Positions 9,901 through 18,639 of a DNA stretch of 41,129 bases are shown here, piece by piece. Within the stretch, counting starts at the first letter, position 1; every line of letters starts with the position of its first letter. Below the pieces are notes generated by a model that was given only the letters and a program-made list of their open reading frames with translations, did no database searches and had not been told where the DNA came from. Source of the DNA: Escherichia phage vB_EcoS_P1338. Both the position numbers and the translations under genes were made by a program. Location: sequence record PP882707.1; one strand, written 5' to 3'.

Positions 9901-10862
9901 CCAAGTCCAGCTTCAGCAGCCTTAGCGTCAGCCTCGAAGTTCTCGTTAGCCAGCTTGATTAGCTCATCAAGGTTCTCAGCGGAACCGCCAAGCACAACGT
10001 TCATGTACGCAGGGTTCTTCACTTCTGTGCGAATCTTATCGAGTTCTTCAGGCGACCAAATATGACTATTAAACCATGTCGGTTGAAGTACATCAGTGAG
10101 CACATCAAAACCATTGTCACGCTTACCAGCACGGAAGGCAACACCCAATGTTGAGTTGGAGAGTTCTGCTTCAGCAGCACTACCGAATCCGAAGAAGGTT
10201 GAACGCTCATTGGCTTCGTCAAGAGTTGTTCCTTTTGCTTCCCAATAGTCTTTACCGAACGGCTGATTGGGAGCGGCCTGTTCTTTACCTTGAAAGGACA
10301 TTGAGTGAGACTCAGGGAGTTCTGTAGTTACCTTTCCTTTCTTCCCGATACCACTCATAGCAGCATCGAACGGAATCCCTTTACCCTTTGGGGTGATACC
10401 ACCGAAGGACTCAATGTCACCACTCTTAGGAGACTTAGCGACATCCAGAAGTGAGCGCAAATAGTTACGCCCTTCATCCCCAATACCAGCAAAGTTACCG
10501 GAGTCGTAGGCTTCCAGTTGAGGCTTACCATTTTGGCCTTCGCCTTGGTTGTACGCAAGGGCAGCTTTCAGTTCGTCCCCGTTGTATTTCTTAACGAGGT
10601 CTGCAAGGTAACGAGCACCAGCATCAATAGACTTAGCCGGGTCGTTGAAGTCCTCATCGTTCTGGAGACCGTAAGCCTTACCAGTTGCCTTGGTGAACTG
10701 CATGACACCTCTCGGTCCTGTTGGCGATTGAGCCGTAGGCTTAAAGCGGGATTCTACCCAACCGACCTTCCGAAGAAGGCCATAGGAGACTCCATGTGTG
10801 TCAGCAGCTTGTTGGAATAACGCATCATATTCATGCGGTTCGTTCGGGTTATACTTATCCAC
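6915..10862 (-). CDS. gp16: internal virion protein D with N-terminal lytic transglycosylase domain
   Basis: 1315 aa (T7 gp16 about 1318); GTG start preceded by GGAGG; N-terminus MDKY...GVSYGLLRKVGWVESRF...GVMQFTKATGKAYGL is the SLT motif. Confidence 0.95.
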   Translation of the reverse strand: MDKYNPNEPHEYDALFQQAADTHGVSYGLLRKVGWVESRFKPTAQSPTGPRGVMQFTKATGKAYGLQNDEDFNDPAKSIDAGARYLADLVKKYNGDELKAALAYNQGEGQNGKPQLEAYDSGNFAGIGDEGRNYLRSLLDVAKSPKSGDIESFGGITPKGKGIPFDAAMSGIGKKGKVTTELPESHSMSFQGKEQAAPNQPFGKDYWEAKGTTLDEANERSTFFGFGSAAEAELSNSTLGVAFRAGKRDNGFDVLTDVLQPTWFNSHIWSPEELDKIRTEVKNPAYMNVVLGGSAENLDELIKLANENFEADAKAAEAGLGAKLSAGLIGAGVDPLTYVPLAGTTAKGFKLVNKALMVGAQAGALNVASEGLRTSIAGGHAHYAEAALAGMLLAGGLTAVADGVAAGLRKSGAEQIENPFSATQMRFEARETARNTGGYDASRMPPSEDRVFSQHNGVEYAPLETEPGAVVLRDGSIISDTNLANPMTAREFAEVDPERAAWGLPMRGLSEIGLRTLRSEHAEIRGLAKDLVRSPTGMESGSHGKFGATASDIKERLHSTNQRTYNDLYGAMKEAMADPEWSVGMFKSGAQGARQEIYRRVAVAIERPELQANLTKAERKVMDIMKEHFDLKREMMENPSMFGNKATSIFPNSRHKGTYVPHVYSREAKQLYSQALGGSDGLQEAIAASWMTSYRSRPEVKARVDEHLAETLGIDPKAVTEEMVMKHASDKAYGIAKTDEFNSSSVIDDNIEGLVGIENNSFLEARNLFDSDMPVTLPNGQQFSVNDLRDFDMKHVMPAYDRRVDGDIAIMGGTGKTTAELKDSIMALDKKSEGKGTMKGEVEALKDTVKILTGRARRNQDTVGDTMVRALSDMSFFTKNAYMGLQNLTEISGMLSKGNTRAMLHGIPVLRDLAFRNKPVSGKELKELHSMVFGKEFDDLIRPTRQDIIQRLRESTDTPDVAAKVVGSIKHTTQELAARSPLTKFLNGTSNYLLDMARQGVMGDVVTHAITGKGANKWIKGDMLKSASISKEQWEGIQALIRENVTRGEDGKFTFKDKRKLANDPRAMDLWRLADKVADETMLRPHKVSLQDSHAFGATAKLVLQFKSFVIKSMNSKFIRSGNEAFKNHRAMDMALTYAISGGLAGSYYVAQAHLKSAGLPKEQQKDYLKKALDPKMIAYAAASRSSHLGSPLSIANFAMGAAGYDQGLMVRSTILPKGDDKRERNKAVTSRDMGDSIMGAIGEQIPALGFAGATLAAGRNAYGVLMAPNKVTEREMMTGLMNAHREMIPNDPISQQMLIKFYEANGVHIKADKK

Positions 10863-10885
10863 TTGGAACCTCCTATCGTGGCCTG

Positions 10886-13165
10886 TTAGTCTTTACCAGT
10901 CAGCGTATCCAGAATACCCTTGCCACTAACGCTATCGTACATGCTGCCAGAGCGCTTAGGCTTCTTAGCTTCACGTTCACGCTTGCGGTTCATAGCTCGT
11001 GTATGTAGGGTTCGCTTGTTGGCATCTTTGAGTGCCTTGTTACGGGCTTCCTCGTCCAGCTTCGCTTGGTTCTCTTGGTACATCTTAGAGAGCAACTTCT
11101 TGTCGTACCGAATGTTTACCTGTCCGGTAGTGTCCATCAGATAGATAGAGTCACCACGCTCGAACACAGTGAGTTGCTTGTTAGTCACCCAAGGGTTCGT
11201 CTCAGCGAGTTTCTTAGCGGCTTGGTCGATAATGTCCTTACCTTGTTTCCAAGAGTCCGGGTCATCAGTCACACGCAAAGAGTTTCTCGTCAAGACACCA
11301 ATGGTATCACCATCAACACCGTCAGCAGTGAGAGTCGTTGTGTTCTCTTTGAGATACTTATCGACCTGTTGCATAGCCGAATCGGAGTTACCTGTGCGGT
11401 ACTTAACGGAGTCATAAATCTTACGAGCACCAGCGTCCAATGTGGCTGGCATACGGGACAGTTCAGGAGACTGTGAGTTGTTCTTCAGGGAAGCCCATGC
11501 CTTGTCATCCTCGTACTGCATCTCTTTGGTAAGAGACTGTCGAGCCTTGTCAGCATCTAAGAGAATCTGCGGGTCAATCCCTTGGTTGTCCATCATGTCC
11601 ATAGTGAGGAACATCTCAGCCTTATCAGGATACAACGCAGCGAATAACTCAGGGTCAGTATTACGAACACGACGCAGGGCATTAAGAGCCACACCGCCAT
11701 CTTCCGGCATCTTCCCGTTAATCACAGCGGACGTCCATTCCTTCTCAGCGTCACCAATCAGTTCACCAACCGCAGTACGGAAAGCACCCTTCTCGGAGTC
11801 AGCCTTGAGGTAGTCCAGCTTCATTCGGTCCTTCTGTTCATTAGGGATGTTCATAGCATCAATGTCAGCCAGCTTCTTGTTAGCATAGTTAACCATATCA
11901 CTATGGGTGAACTCACCAGTGTTCTCGTTGGTAGGCATATCGCCATACGCAGTAGACACGTACTGACCATTGAGTCGCTTCTGGAACTGTGCATCAATGA
12001 CATTCATCTTGTTCATCGACTTCTGTTGCTTGTCCATCTGCTTGGCTAACTCAGCGGTCTCCCGCTTCATCCTGTCCTGCATCTGCGTCTGTGCATTGAT
12101 TAACGCCTGACGTTCAGGTGTCATCTCTTCGCCCGGTTGCAGTGTGTCCAGTTCAGCCTTGATGGATTGCAACTGTTCCCAGCCAATGTTCACGTTCTCT
12201 TGGTTCAACGCAGAGTTCACATTAAGTTGGAACGCCTCGGTCTTCTTAGCATTCAACTGGAACTCATTATGTTGAGCCTTAACCATCAGATTGTTCCACT
12301 GTTCGGCACCCATCAGTTCCTTGAAGGTAGTCTCCTTGCCATGAAGTTTGACCTTACGGTTCTCAATCTGTTGCAGGAACTGACCACCGCCCTCACGGTT
12401 AACCACGTCAGAGAGGCCTTGGCTAATCATGGTGAACGCTTGGTCATCACTAGGGATACTACCGGTCGTCAATCCAGCACTGAAGTAGTTCTCAAAGAAA
12501 TCACCAGCATACGGAGAACGTAGGGTTTCCGGGTCGTTCAACACAGAGTTCAACTCAACTCGGCTATTGATTACAGCACCCTTCTTAGCTTGGTCGCTAA
12601 GGAAGTTATCATGTGCACCATAGAGAGCAATGTTACGCTCGGTGATGTCGGAGTTGAATCCCTTCTGATAGTGCTCATCAGTCTCGTCGATACCGAACTG
12701 TTCAGCATAGTTCTTAGCGGCTTCTTGTAGTCGGCTGTGACGGAACTCTTCCAACTCCTGACGAGTGCGGAACTCACCGTTCTTAACCTTCTGTGCCACC
12801 TCGTCATCAACTAAGTAGGCAGCGTTACGACCAGTCTTAATCTTCAAGGCTTCCATCGCGTATGGGTCATCCTGATACAGCAGTGTACCATTCTTAATGG
12901 CCTCTCGACGTTGTTCGGGAGTCAGCTTACGAATAATCTCGTTAGAGCGTTCGTCTGCTTTATCCTTCTGATACTGGTCATACTTCATATAAGCATCTGC
13001 GCCCATCTCAGCAAGTTTACCTACAGTACCAATCAGTGCAGACTTCTCAGCATACTTAGGGTCTTCATAGACGGTTGCAGCCTTCACTTCCACACGACCA
13101 GTGCCCCGCAGACGACTAGTAGACGGAGCGTTCATGCCACCCAATGCTTGAGCTAACTTACTCAT
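10886..13165 (-). CDS. gp15: internal virion protein C
   Basis: 759 aa, size and position match T7 gp15; helical and charged composition. Confidence 0.9.
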   Translation of the reverse strand: MSKLAQALGGMNAPSTSRLRGTGRVEVKAATVYEDPKYAEKSALIGTVGKLAEMGADAYMKYDQYQKDKADERSNEIIRKLTPEQRREAIKNGTLLYQDDPYAMEALKIKTGRNAAYLVDDEVAQKVKNGEFRTRQELEEFRHSRLQEAAKNYAEQFGIDETDEHYQKGFNSDITERNIALYGAHDNFLSDQAKKGAVINSRVELNSVLNDPETLRSPYAGDFFENYFSAGLTTGSIPSDDQAFTMISQGLSDVVNREGGGQFLQQIENRKVKLHGKETTFKELMGAEQWNNLMVKAQHNEFQLNAKKTEAFQLNVNSALNQENVNIGWEQLQSIKAELDTLQPGEEMTPERQALINAQTQMQDRMKRETAELAKQMDKQQKSMNKMNVIDAQFQKRLNGQYVSTAYGDMPTNENTGEFTHSDMVNYANKKLADIDAMNIPNEQKDRMKLDYLKADSEKGAFRTAVGELIGDAEKEWTSAVINGKMPEDGGVALNALRRVRNTDPELFAALYPDKAEMFLTMDMMDNQGIDPQILLDADKARQSLTKEMQYEDDKAWASLKNNSQSPELSRMPATLDAGARKIYDSVKYRTGNSDSAMQQVDKYLKENTTTLTADGVDGDTIGVLTRNSLRVTDDPDSWKQGKDIIDQAAKKLAETNPWVTNKQLTVFERGDSIYLMDTTGQVNIRYDKKLLSKMYQENQAKLDEEARNKALKDANKRTLHTRAMNRKREREAKKPKRSGSMYDSVSGKGILDTLTGKD

Positions 13166-13179
13166 AAACTGTACCTCCT

Positions 13180-13785
13180 TTATTTACCTTGTCCGGTAGA
13201 CTTAGCATCTGAAGCCTTAACCTTAGAGGCCACCTTCTTGCCTAACTTATTGGTTAACGGACTACCAGCAGTAGCCACATCGACCAGCTTGGTTAAACCT
13301 AAACCCAATGGGTCAATGATTTGTTCCAGCTTGCCTTTCAGCTTAGGTTCAGACTTGTTGATTTCATTAATTTGACTCACTGTGTTCTCTCGGTTAGCAA
13401 TACGCTTTCCTAAGATGACACTGTAGTCTCGTTGGTAGTTCTCAGTGAGACCTTGGGACTCTCGAAGGAAGTCACCCTCAGTAACGCGAGCTACACGTTC
13501 CATAGAGTTACCCTCAAGCATCCCTTCACCGATTGCCGCACGGATAGTCCCCATGTTTCTCACACGGTTCATATTCGCTTGTGTCATCTCTTGGACAGTG
13601 GAGTCTACAAGGTCACGTTCCTCTAACTTAAGGTTCGCATCTGTGTAGTTCATCTCCTTAATCATCTGCCAACTTTGACGACGACCTTGGTCAATCTGTG
13701 CGGCCTTCGCCTGTTCGCCTTGCATACCGCCCATTACCATAGACACGCCTTGCATTGCGATAGGGATTGCAGCCATCCAGCACAT
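13180..13785 (-). CDS. gp14: internal virion protein B
   Basis: 201 aa; MCWMAAIPIA...IRAAIGEGMLEG...VTEGDF matches T7 gp14 by recollection. Confidence 0.9.
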   Translation of the reverse strand: MCWMAAIPIAMQGVSMVMGGMQGEQAKAAQIDQGRRQSWQMIKEMNYTDANLKLEERDLVDSTVQEMTQANMNRVRNMGTIRAAIGEGMLEGNSMERVARVTEGDFLRESQGLTENYQRDYSVILGKRIANRENTVSQINEINKSEPKLKGKLEQIIDPLGLGLTKLVDVATAGSPLTNKLGKKVASKVKASDAKSTGQGK

Positions 13786-13787
13786 GG

Positions 13788-14198
13788 TTAACCTCCTATT
13801 GTGAATAATTGGAATTGATTACTGTCACCAGTAAACTCATTGTGGAATACCGCACCGATAGACTTTAAGAACCTAATGTGGGACTTATTGCCTAGCCATA
13901 CATAGTTCCAGATTACTGGATACTGTTTCAGCATTGTATCGCGGTACTCTAGAATGAGCTTGCGGAACTCCTTACGTGACTTCAGACTTAATCTCCATAC
14001 TTCAGCGGACGTTACGAACCACACTTGGTCCCCACGGTTTCCACCAATAGCCACAGGAATCCCATGAAGAGACATAGTGACACACTCAGAGGCTGGTGGG
14101 AATGACGGTTCAATGCCATAGGCGTGTGCCTCAGCTACGTCTTCTGGAGATGGTTCGAATAATTTAAAGTCTCTTTCTGTTGTTGGTCGGATAATCAT
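13788..14198 (-). CDS. gp13: internal virion / head assembly protein
   Basis: 136 aa; MIIRPTTERDFKLFEP...GIEPSFP...ASECVT...WFVTS matches remembered T7 gp13. Confidence 0.85.
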   Translation of the reverse strand: MIIRPTTERDFKLFEPSPEDVAEAHAYGIEPSFPPASECVTMSLHGIPVAIGGNRGDQVWFVTSAEVWRLSLKSRKEFRKLILEYRDTMLKQYPVIWNYVWLGNKSHIRFLKSIGAVFHNEFTGDSNQFQLFTIGG

Positions 14199-14225
14199 AG
14201 AGTTTCTCTCCTATAGTATAAACCC

Positions 14226-14248
14226 CTTCCCAATAGTGAGTCGTATTG
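14226..14248 (-). promoter_or_regulatory. T7-type promoter upstream of gene 13 (phi13)
   Basis: minus strand CAATACGACTCACTATTGGGAAG. Confidence 0.8.
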
Positions 14249-14276
14249 TTCACTAAATAAGTCGGGGTGTTTACGA

Positions 14277-16658
14277 TTAGATACCAGAAGAGCGACGCAG
14301 GTAGTTACCTTCCCAGCCACAACCAATCACGTTAAGTGGGGTCGTGTGGTCGGAGATAATACGCACTTCGTTCAACTTGGCGTTACCAGACACGGGGAAC
14401 CGGAACTGCCCAGTACCAACGTTGAGTCCACCAGTGCGTAAGGCATTTGAACCCAACCTAGCTCCTGCCATGTCATAGCTGAAAAGACGTGAGGTGTTCT
14501 CTACTTCCACAACGAACGCACCAGAATCCTCATAGTTGACCCATGCGCGCCGAAGCTGTAAGCGACCAATGTCCTCGGTAGCTGTTGAGCCATCATCCTC
14601 TGTCTTCTTGATGAGGAACTTTGAGAACACATACCGAAAGTCAATAGCCAATCCAATGTACACCTTCTCACCCTCTCGGTTCCCATCAAGGACCAAGCGA
14701 GGTTCACCATTAGGCCATCCACCATGCGGCTCATCTAACCATGATACCTTACCATCCATCGCCACAATGTAGAACTTACCTAAATAGTTCTTCATTCCGT
14801 AGAATTGACTTGGATAGATAACAGTCTCATACGTGTCATCATCGTAGGAACCATAAGGGATTGTTATTTCCAGCTTGTTATCTATGTAGATGCGGTAAGG
14901 TTCTTCAGGGTAGTCAATGGAGTTCTTTGTGAAGTGTGCCCGTGCCATCCACGTATGGGACTGGTTGCGTAACAGAAGGTACATAGTGGAACCAATAGAA
15001 TCACAAGCCAATACAGTTACGTTACTCCCTAGTTCCCAATGAGACCACGACTGTTGCACATTTTCCTCATTCAAGTACAGAAATTTGTGCATGAAGATTT
15101 TGCTTGGGGCGTTTTCGGATAACACCGAAACGAAGTTCTCAGTGCCAGAGCCTCGAATGGAGAACACACCATTAGGAATGTAGCTAGGAACGTGAGCACT
15201 TATGTCCTCCGCAGACTTCACGGAGCTAACATCCTGTACAGCATAGTATCGGTTGATTGATGTATAGGATGCACGAGGTGACGCAAAGTAGACACCACGC
15301 CCAATACCAAAAGGTCTCGCCCTGTCTGACACATCGAACTCGGTCGTTAGGTTCAACTCAACTGACTTCGGTGAGAGGATACCAGAGGCAGATAATACGA
15401 ACTGTGCTTGGTCAGACCATAGGAGCAACTCTTCGGAGAACGGTACAGCATATTTAAGCGTACTGATTCGGTTGTGTGACACAGCAACGTCGATTGGGTC
15501 ATCATCGGATAGGTTGGCAACCGATGCAGGGAACAGTGAGAAATACTTGGATGTACGAGACATCACAATGTTTTCACCAGCAAGAAACCCTAAGCGGTTC
15601 CTGAAGAAGAACACATCGTTAATCCGCTGGTCTACGATAGACGGGTCGGGGTTAGTATTCATGTCACCACACTTGCGCTCATCCCATGGCAAGGCTTCCA
15701 TCTTAAAGGAACCATCGGCCTGTCGAATCAATGCGTGTGGCATGGTTGCCCCATTGAGTCCCTTCTGTACTCCCCATCCGGCTACTTCCTTCCACACTTT
15801 ACGTGCTGCATCGTACTGTACATAGAACTCATCGGAAGTCTTAGAGGTGTCGCCAACGATTTGTACGGAGTATCCATTAGGAGCCTCAGAGGGTAACTTA
15901 GTGAATGACTGGCTGGTGTGCATTACCGCAGACATCAACTGTCCACCATAACCATCCTCTACCTCGACCTTCCAGATTGGTTCGTCACCTCGTGACACAA
16001 TATGAATGAACCCAGCACCCTCGTTGACAGTCCATCCCCAAGTGTTTGCACCTCCTTCTCGAAGTAGCTGTGCCATCTTCTTAACGAGCCATTGTGCATC
16101 CGTCTGTTCAACTTCAGTGGCATTGGCACCATCAGCAATCTTATAGGACGCAGAGATACCATTCAGTCTAATCGTAAAGGTACGACCATACTGACCACCA
16201 CGGATGTTAATGAGACACTCACCGTCTTCTCGAATAGTGTAGATAGGGTCTTTGTTGGCTTGAACAACCTTAGAGCGGTTCACTACGAACGTGTAGTCTG
16301 CCACAGTTACCATCCTTAAGTCATCCCTAGGGTTAGCACAGTTAGCGTATGAAGTGTCACCATGTACAACATACTCACGCCCATTGAGGTCAAATACTTT
16401 GATACCGCTTCCAGTGAACACAACGTAATACTGTTCGACGCTGTCACGGTTTATTAGGTGAACTAAAGGTGCGCCACCAAGGAACCCAGCGTCACCAATA
16501 GTTTTCGTAAAGATGAAAGGTGGCCTCTTCTGGAGACCTTCAGTTTCAGACGACCATCCGTTAATCTGTTCAGCGCCCTGCTCGGGGAACCTTAAGATGT
16601 CTGGTTGTTGACTGATACCGCCTTTCAGGTTCTTGACGGATTGTGAAATAAGAGCCAT
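14277..16658 (-). CDS. gp12: tail tubular protein B
   Basis: track ORF 14277..16724 trimmed to the internal ATG giving MALISQSVKNLKGGISQQPDILR (T7 gp12 N-terminus); AAGGAGGT RBS before this ATG; 793 aa. Confidence 0.95.
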   Translation of the reverse strand: MALISQSVKNLKGGISQQPDILRFPEQGAEQINGWSSETEGLQKRPPFIFTKTIGDAGFLGGAPLVHLINRDSVEQYYVVFTGSGIKVFDLNGREYVVHGDTSYANCANPRDDLRMVTVADYTFVVNRSKVVQANKDPIYTIREDGECLINIRGGQYGRTFTIRLNGISASYKIADGANATEVEQTDAQWLVKKMAQLLREGGANTWGWTVNEGAGFIHIVSRGDEPIWKVEVEDGYGGQLMSAVMHTSQSFTKLPSEAPNGYSVQIVGDTSKTSDEFYVQYDAARKVWKEVAGWGVQKGLNGATMPHALIRQADGSFKMEALPWDERKCGDMNTNPDPSIVDQRINDVFFFRNRLGFLAGENIVMSRTSKYFSLFPASVANLSDDDPIDVAVSHNRISTLKYAVPFSEELLLWSDQAQFVLSASGILSPKSVELNLTTEFDVSDRARPFGIGRGVYFASPRASYTSINRYYAVQDVSSVKSAEDISAHVPSYIPNGVFSIRGSGTENFVSVLSENAPSKIFMHKFLYLNEENVQQSWSHWELGSNVTVLACDSIGSTMYLLLRNQSHTWMARAHFTKNSIDYPEEPYRIYIDNKLEITIPYGSYDDDTYETVIYPSQFYGMKNYLGKFYIVAMDGKVSWLDEPHGGWPNGEPRLVLDGNREGEKVYIGLAIDFRYVFSKFLIKKTEDDGSTATEDIGRLQLRRAWVNYEDSGAFVVEVENTSRLFSYDMAGARLGSNALRTGGLNVGTGQFRFPVSGNAKLNEVRIISDHTTPLNVIGCGWEGNYLRRSSGI

Positions 16659-16683
16659 TAGAGACCTCCTTAAGTTATTACGA

Positions 16684-17274
16684 TTAGCGAGACAGCAAAC
16701 CACCAGTGAAGGCATCACCGTCAAGCATGTTGAAGTTACCGAAGTCTAACTCGTATTCGGTGCACTGCATTTTGGCTTCCTGTTCCTCTTCAGCTAAGAC
16801 AGCATCAATCTCAGGGGCACCAAAGAATCGGTTGTTAAACTGACGAGCGGCCTTTGTGACAATCCAATGGCGGAAGCACTCAGGCATCTCATAGAACTCT
16901 CGCATTCGGATGATAGTCACAGTGATAGGGTCTTTGAAGACATCAGTGCGGTTCTCTCGGTCATACACATAGCCGCCACGGTTGACGTAAGCGGTAGTAC
17001 CTCCTTCAGAGAACACAGCAAGGTAGTCGGACATGTAGGGAATCAGACCGTTGAACATATCAGGTAGCAACTGTTGGCCTTCCTCGATGTTGAACGTCCA
17101 GCCCTTGGACTGAATCTGACGGTTAATCTTATTGAGTATTCGGCGAGCGTTAGCAACGTCAGCATTAGCATCACCCTCCAGAGTGGACACAGGCGGTTCA
17201 CCGATAGAGGCCAAGATGTCATTGACCGCATTCAACTCTTCGCCAGTCTCTAGGGTAGTCTCATAGGAACGCAT
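16684..17274 (-). CDS. gp11: tail tubular protein A
   Basis: 196 aa, same length as T7 gp11; [41 protein letters not shown] nearly identical by recollection. Confidence 0.95.
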   Translation of the reverse strand: MRSYETTLETGEELNAVNDILASIGEPPVSTLEGDANADVANARRILNKINRQIQSKGWTFNIEEGQQLLPDMFNGLIPYMSDYLAVFSEGGTTAYVNRGGYVYDRENRTDVFKDPITVTIIRMREFYEMPECFRHWIVTKAARQFNNRFFGAPEIDAVLAEEEQEAKMQCTEYELDFGNFNMLDGDAFTGGLLSR

Positions 17275-17282
17275 ATTGATTT

Positions 17283-17305
17283 CCTCCCATTAGTGAGTCT
17301 ATTAG
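17283..17305 (-). promoter_or_regulatory. divergent T7-type promoter-like element immediately upstream of gene 11
   Basis: minus strand CTAATAGACTCACTAATGGGAGG; core GACTCACTA retained, upstream half shifted/divergent; downstream of the Tphi-like terminator. Confidence 0.45.
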
Positions 17306-17311
17306 TGGTAC

Positions 17312-17353
17312 GAAAAAACCCCTCAAGCACCCGCGAAGGCACCCAAGGGGTTT
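17312..17353 (-). terminator. Tphi-like intrinsic terminator after the capsid gene
   Basis: minus strand AACCCCTTGGGTGCCTTCGCGGGTGCTTGAGGGGTTTTTT; GC-rich hairpin with G-U pairs plus U-tract, closely resembling remembered T7 Tphi. Confidence 0.85.
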
Positions 17354-17365
17354 CATATAGTTTAC

Positions 17366-17509
17366 TTACTGTTCAGCAGCCAGTTTCGCCGCTCTGTTAG
17401 CAGCACGAGTACGAGCAGCTTTCTGTTGTGGCGTTAGCTCTTGCTCAACTTCAGTAGGAGACTCAGTGTCCCCTACGAGTTTGCGAGAAGTTAAGCCGTT
17501 TTGAAAACC
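17366..17509 (-). other. capsid 10B-type -1 programmed frameshift site (G GTT TTC) and ~47-codon -1 frame extension
   Basis: GGTTTTC heptamer 5 codons before the capsid stop; the -1 frame stays open for ~47 codons and ends just before the terminator hairpin. Confidence 0.6.
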
Positions 17510-18105
17510 AGCGCACCTACTGCTTCAGGACGCAGACCACCGTGACCCATCGCGTACTTAGCGATAATCTGGTCAGCCTGATAGTTGGCACGACGAGCAC
17601 GTTCCAGCGCCATATCTTTCAACTTAACAGTACCAACGGCAGAGCGGTGGCAGAACAGACCGACCACATTGTTCAGAGCAACCTTATCATTGCCAGTAGC
17701 AGTCGCAGGGAATGCGTGTTTCTGTTCAGAAGGTGCATCTTCACGGTCATTACCAGCACCACCAGCGGTCAAATGCGGAACTTCAATAACTTCGAAGCCC
17801 ATGACGTTGCGGATAGAACCGGTAGACGGGTCAATCAGCGCCTGATAGTTTGCAGCGTTAGGCATCAGAGCCGCCAGAATCGCAGAGTAGTTATCAGGGG
17901 TGGTGTAGAAGGTACGGTCCGCAGACGGAACATAGTTCTTAGTCAGACGTGCACGAGCCAGAGTCAACTGTGCAATGATAGCCTGACCCAGCTTAACTTG
18001 GTCGCCTTGCAGGTCAGCCGCAGCGCCTACTTCCAGAACACTTGCAGTACCTAAGCCAGCGATGTTCTCGTTGGAAGCAGCCGGAAGGTTACACAATTTA
18101 GCCAT
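17491..18105 (-). CDS. gp10: major capsid protein, C-terminal segment (second of two ORFs)
   Basis: 204 aa; NENIAGLGTA...ILAALMPNAANY...RSAVGTVKL...ERARRANYQADQIIAKYAMGHGGLRPEA matches the T7 gp10 C-terminal two thirds by recollection. Confidence 0.9.
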   Translation of the reverse strand: MAKLCNLPAASNENIAGLGTASVLEVGAAADLQGDQVKLGQAIIAQLTLARARLTKNYVPSADRTFYTTPDNYSAILAALMPNAANYQALIDPSTGSIRNVMGFEVIEVPHLTAGGAGNDREDAPSEQKHAFPATATGNDKVALNNVVGLFCHRSAVGTVKLKDMALERARRANYQADQIIAKYAMGHGGLRPEAVGALVFKTA

Positions 18106-18467
18106 TTTTCGGAACGCACGTCATAGTGGTTCATTGCGTCTTCGATGTCGTAAATCAGAACGTCAGCAGTCAGCAGGCCATCAATGTTAATGGTCTTCTC
18201 AGTGTGCTTCATGTCTTTACGTTTGTCATCGAGGTTCTCACCCGGTTGCAGATAAGCAGCTTTGGTACGACCCAGCACAGGGAACTGCGCGGACTTACCG
18301 GACTGAATAGAACGCACGAGGTGTTTGTTCATAGTTACGGAGGTACGGGTAAATGCAGTCAGAACTTCACCGCCGAAGACCTTCAGGAACAGAGCCAGTT
18401 TATCACCAGCGCTCATGCCTTTACCTTGGTCCTTACCAATCTGTTGTCCACCAGTCATGTTAGCCAT
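18051..18467 (-). CDS. gp10: major capsid protein, N-terminal segment (first of two ORFs; last 18 codons are out-of-frame read-through)
   Basis: 138 aa; MANMTGGQQIGKDQGKG...DKLALFLKVFGGEVLTAF...DIEDAMNHYDVRSE matches the T7 gp10 N-terminus, then diverges (KWLNCVTFRLLPTRTSLA) after an A5 run. Confidence 0.9.
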   Translation of the reverse strand: MANMTGGQQIGKDQGKGMSAGDKLALFLKVFGGEVLTAFTRTSVTMNKHLVRSIQSGKSAQFPVLGRTKAAYLQPGENLDDKRKDMKHTEKTINIDGLLTADVLIYDIEDAMNHYDVRSEKWLNCVTFRLLPTRTSLA

Positions 18468-18614
18468 GTTGAATCTCCTTCTGTTGATTTATGATAAAAG
18501 TTTAAGTGTGTGAGGTACTACTTGAAACGAGTTGGTTCTCATTGTGTATCACTCAAAGGGAGATACATCCCATCTGGATAGGTCTACGAGCGCAGACATC
18601 GCAGGGTCTAAGTC

Positions 18615-18637
18615 TCTCCCAATAGTGAGTCGTATTA
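18615..18637 (-). promoter_or_regulatory. T7-type promoter upstream of the capsid gene (phi10)
   Basis: minus strand TAATACGACTCACTATTGGGAGA, 2 nt after the gene 9 stop. Confidence 0.85.
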
Positions 18638-18639
18638 AT

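Noticed and set aside
14277-16724. N-terminal extensions of several track ORFs (gp12 from 16724, gp4 from 29549, gp5.3 from 24585, gp2 from 31843, the 58-aa gene from 31694, gp1.6 and gp1.7-like)
   Set aside because: The extended starts use GTG/TTG or lack an RBS and run through upstream promoters or genes, whereas internal ATGs with strong SD sequences reproduce the T7 N-termini. I report the trimmed starts.
18100-18110. Programmed ribosomal frameshift as the explanation for the capsid split
   Set aside because: The A5 run is not in a canonical X XXY YYZ register, there is no obvious downstream stimulatory structure, and the known capsid frameshift is at the 3' end. A sequencing indel or real mutation is more likely, though it remains an alternative in the finding.
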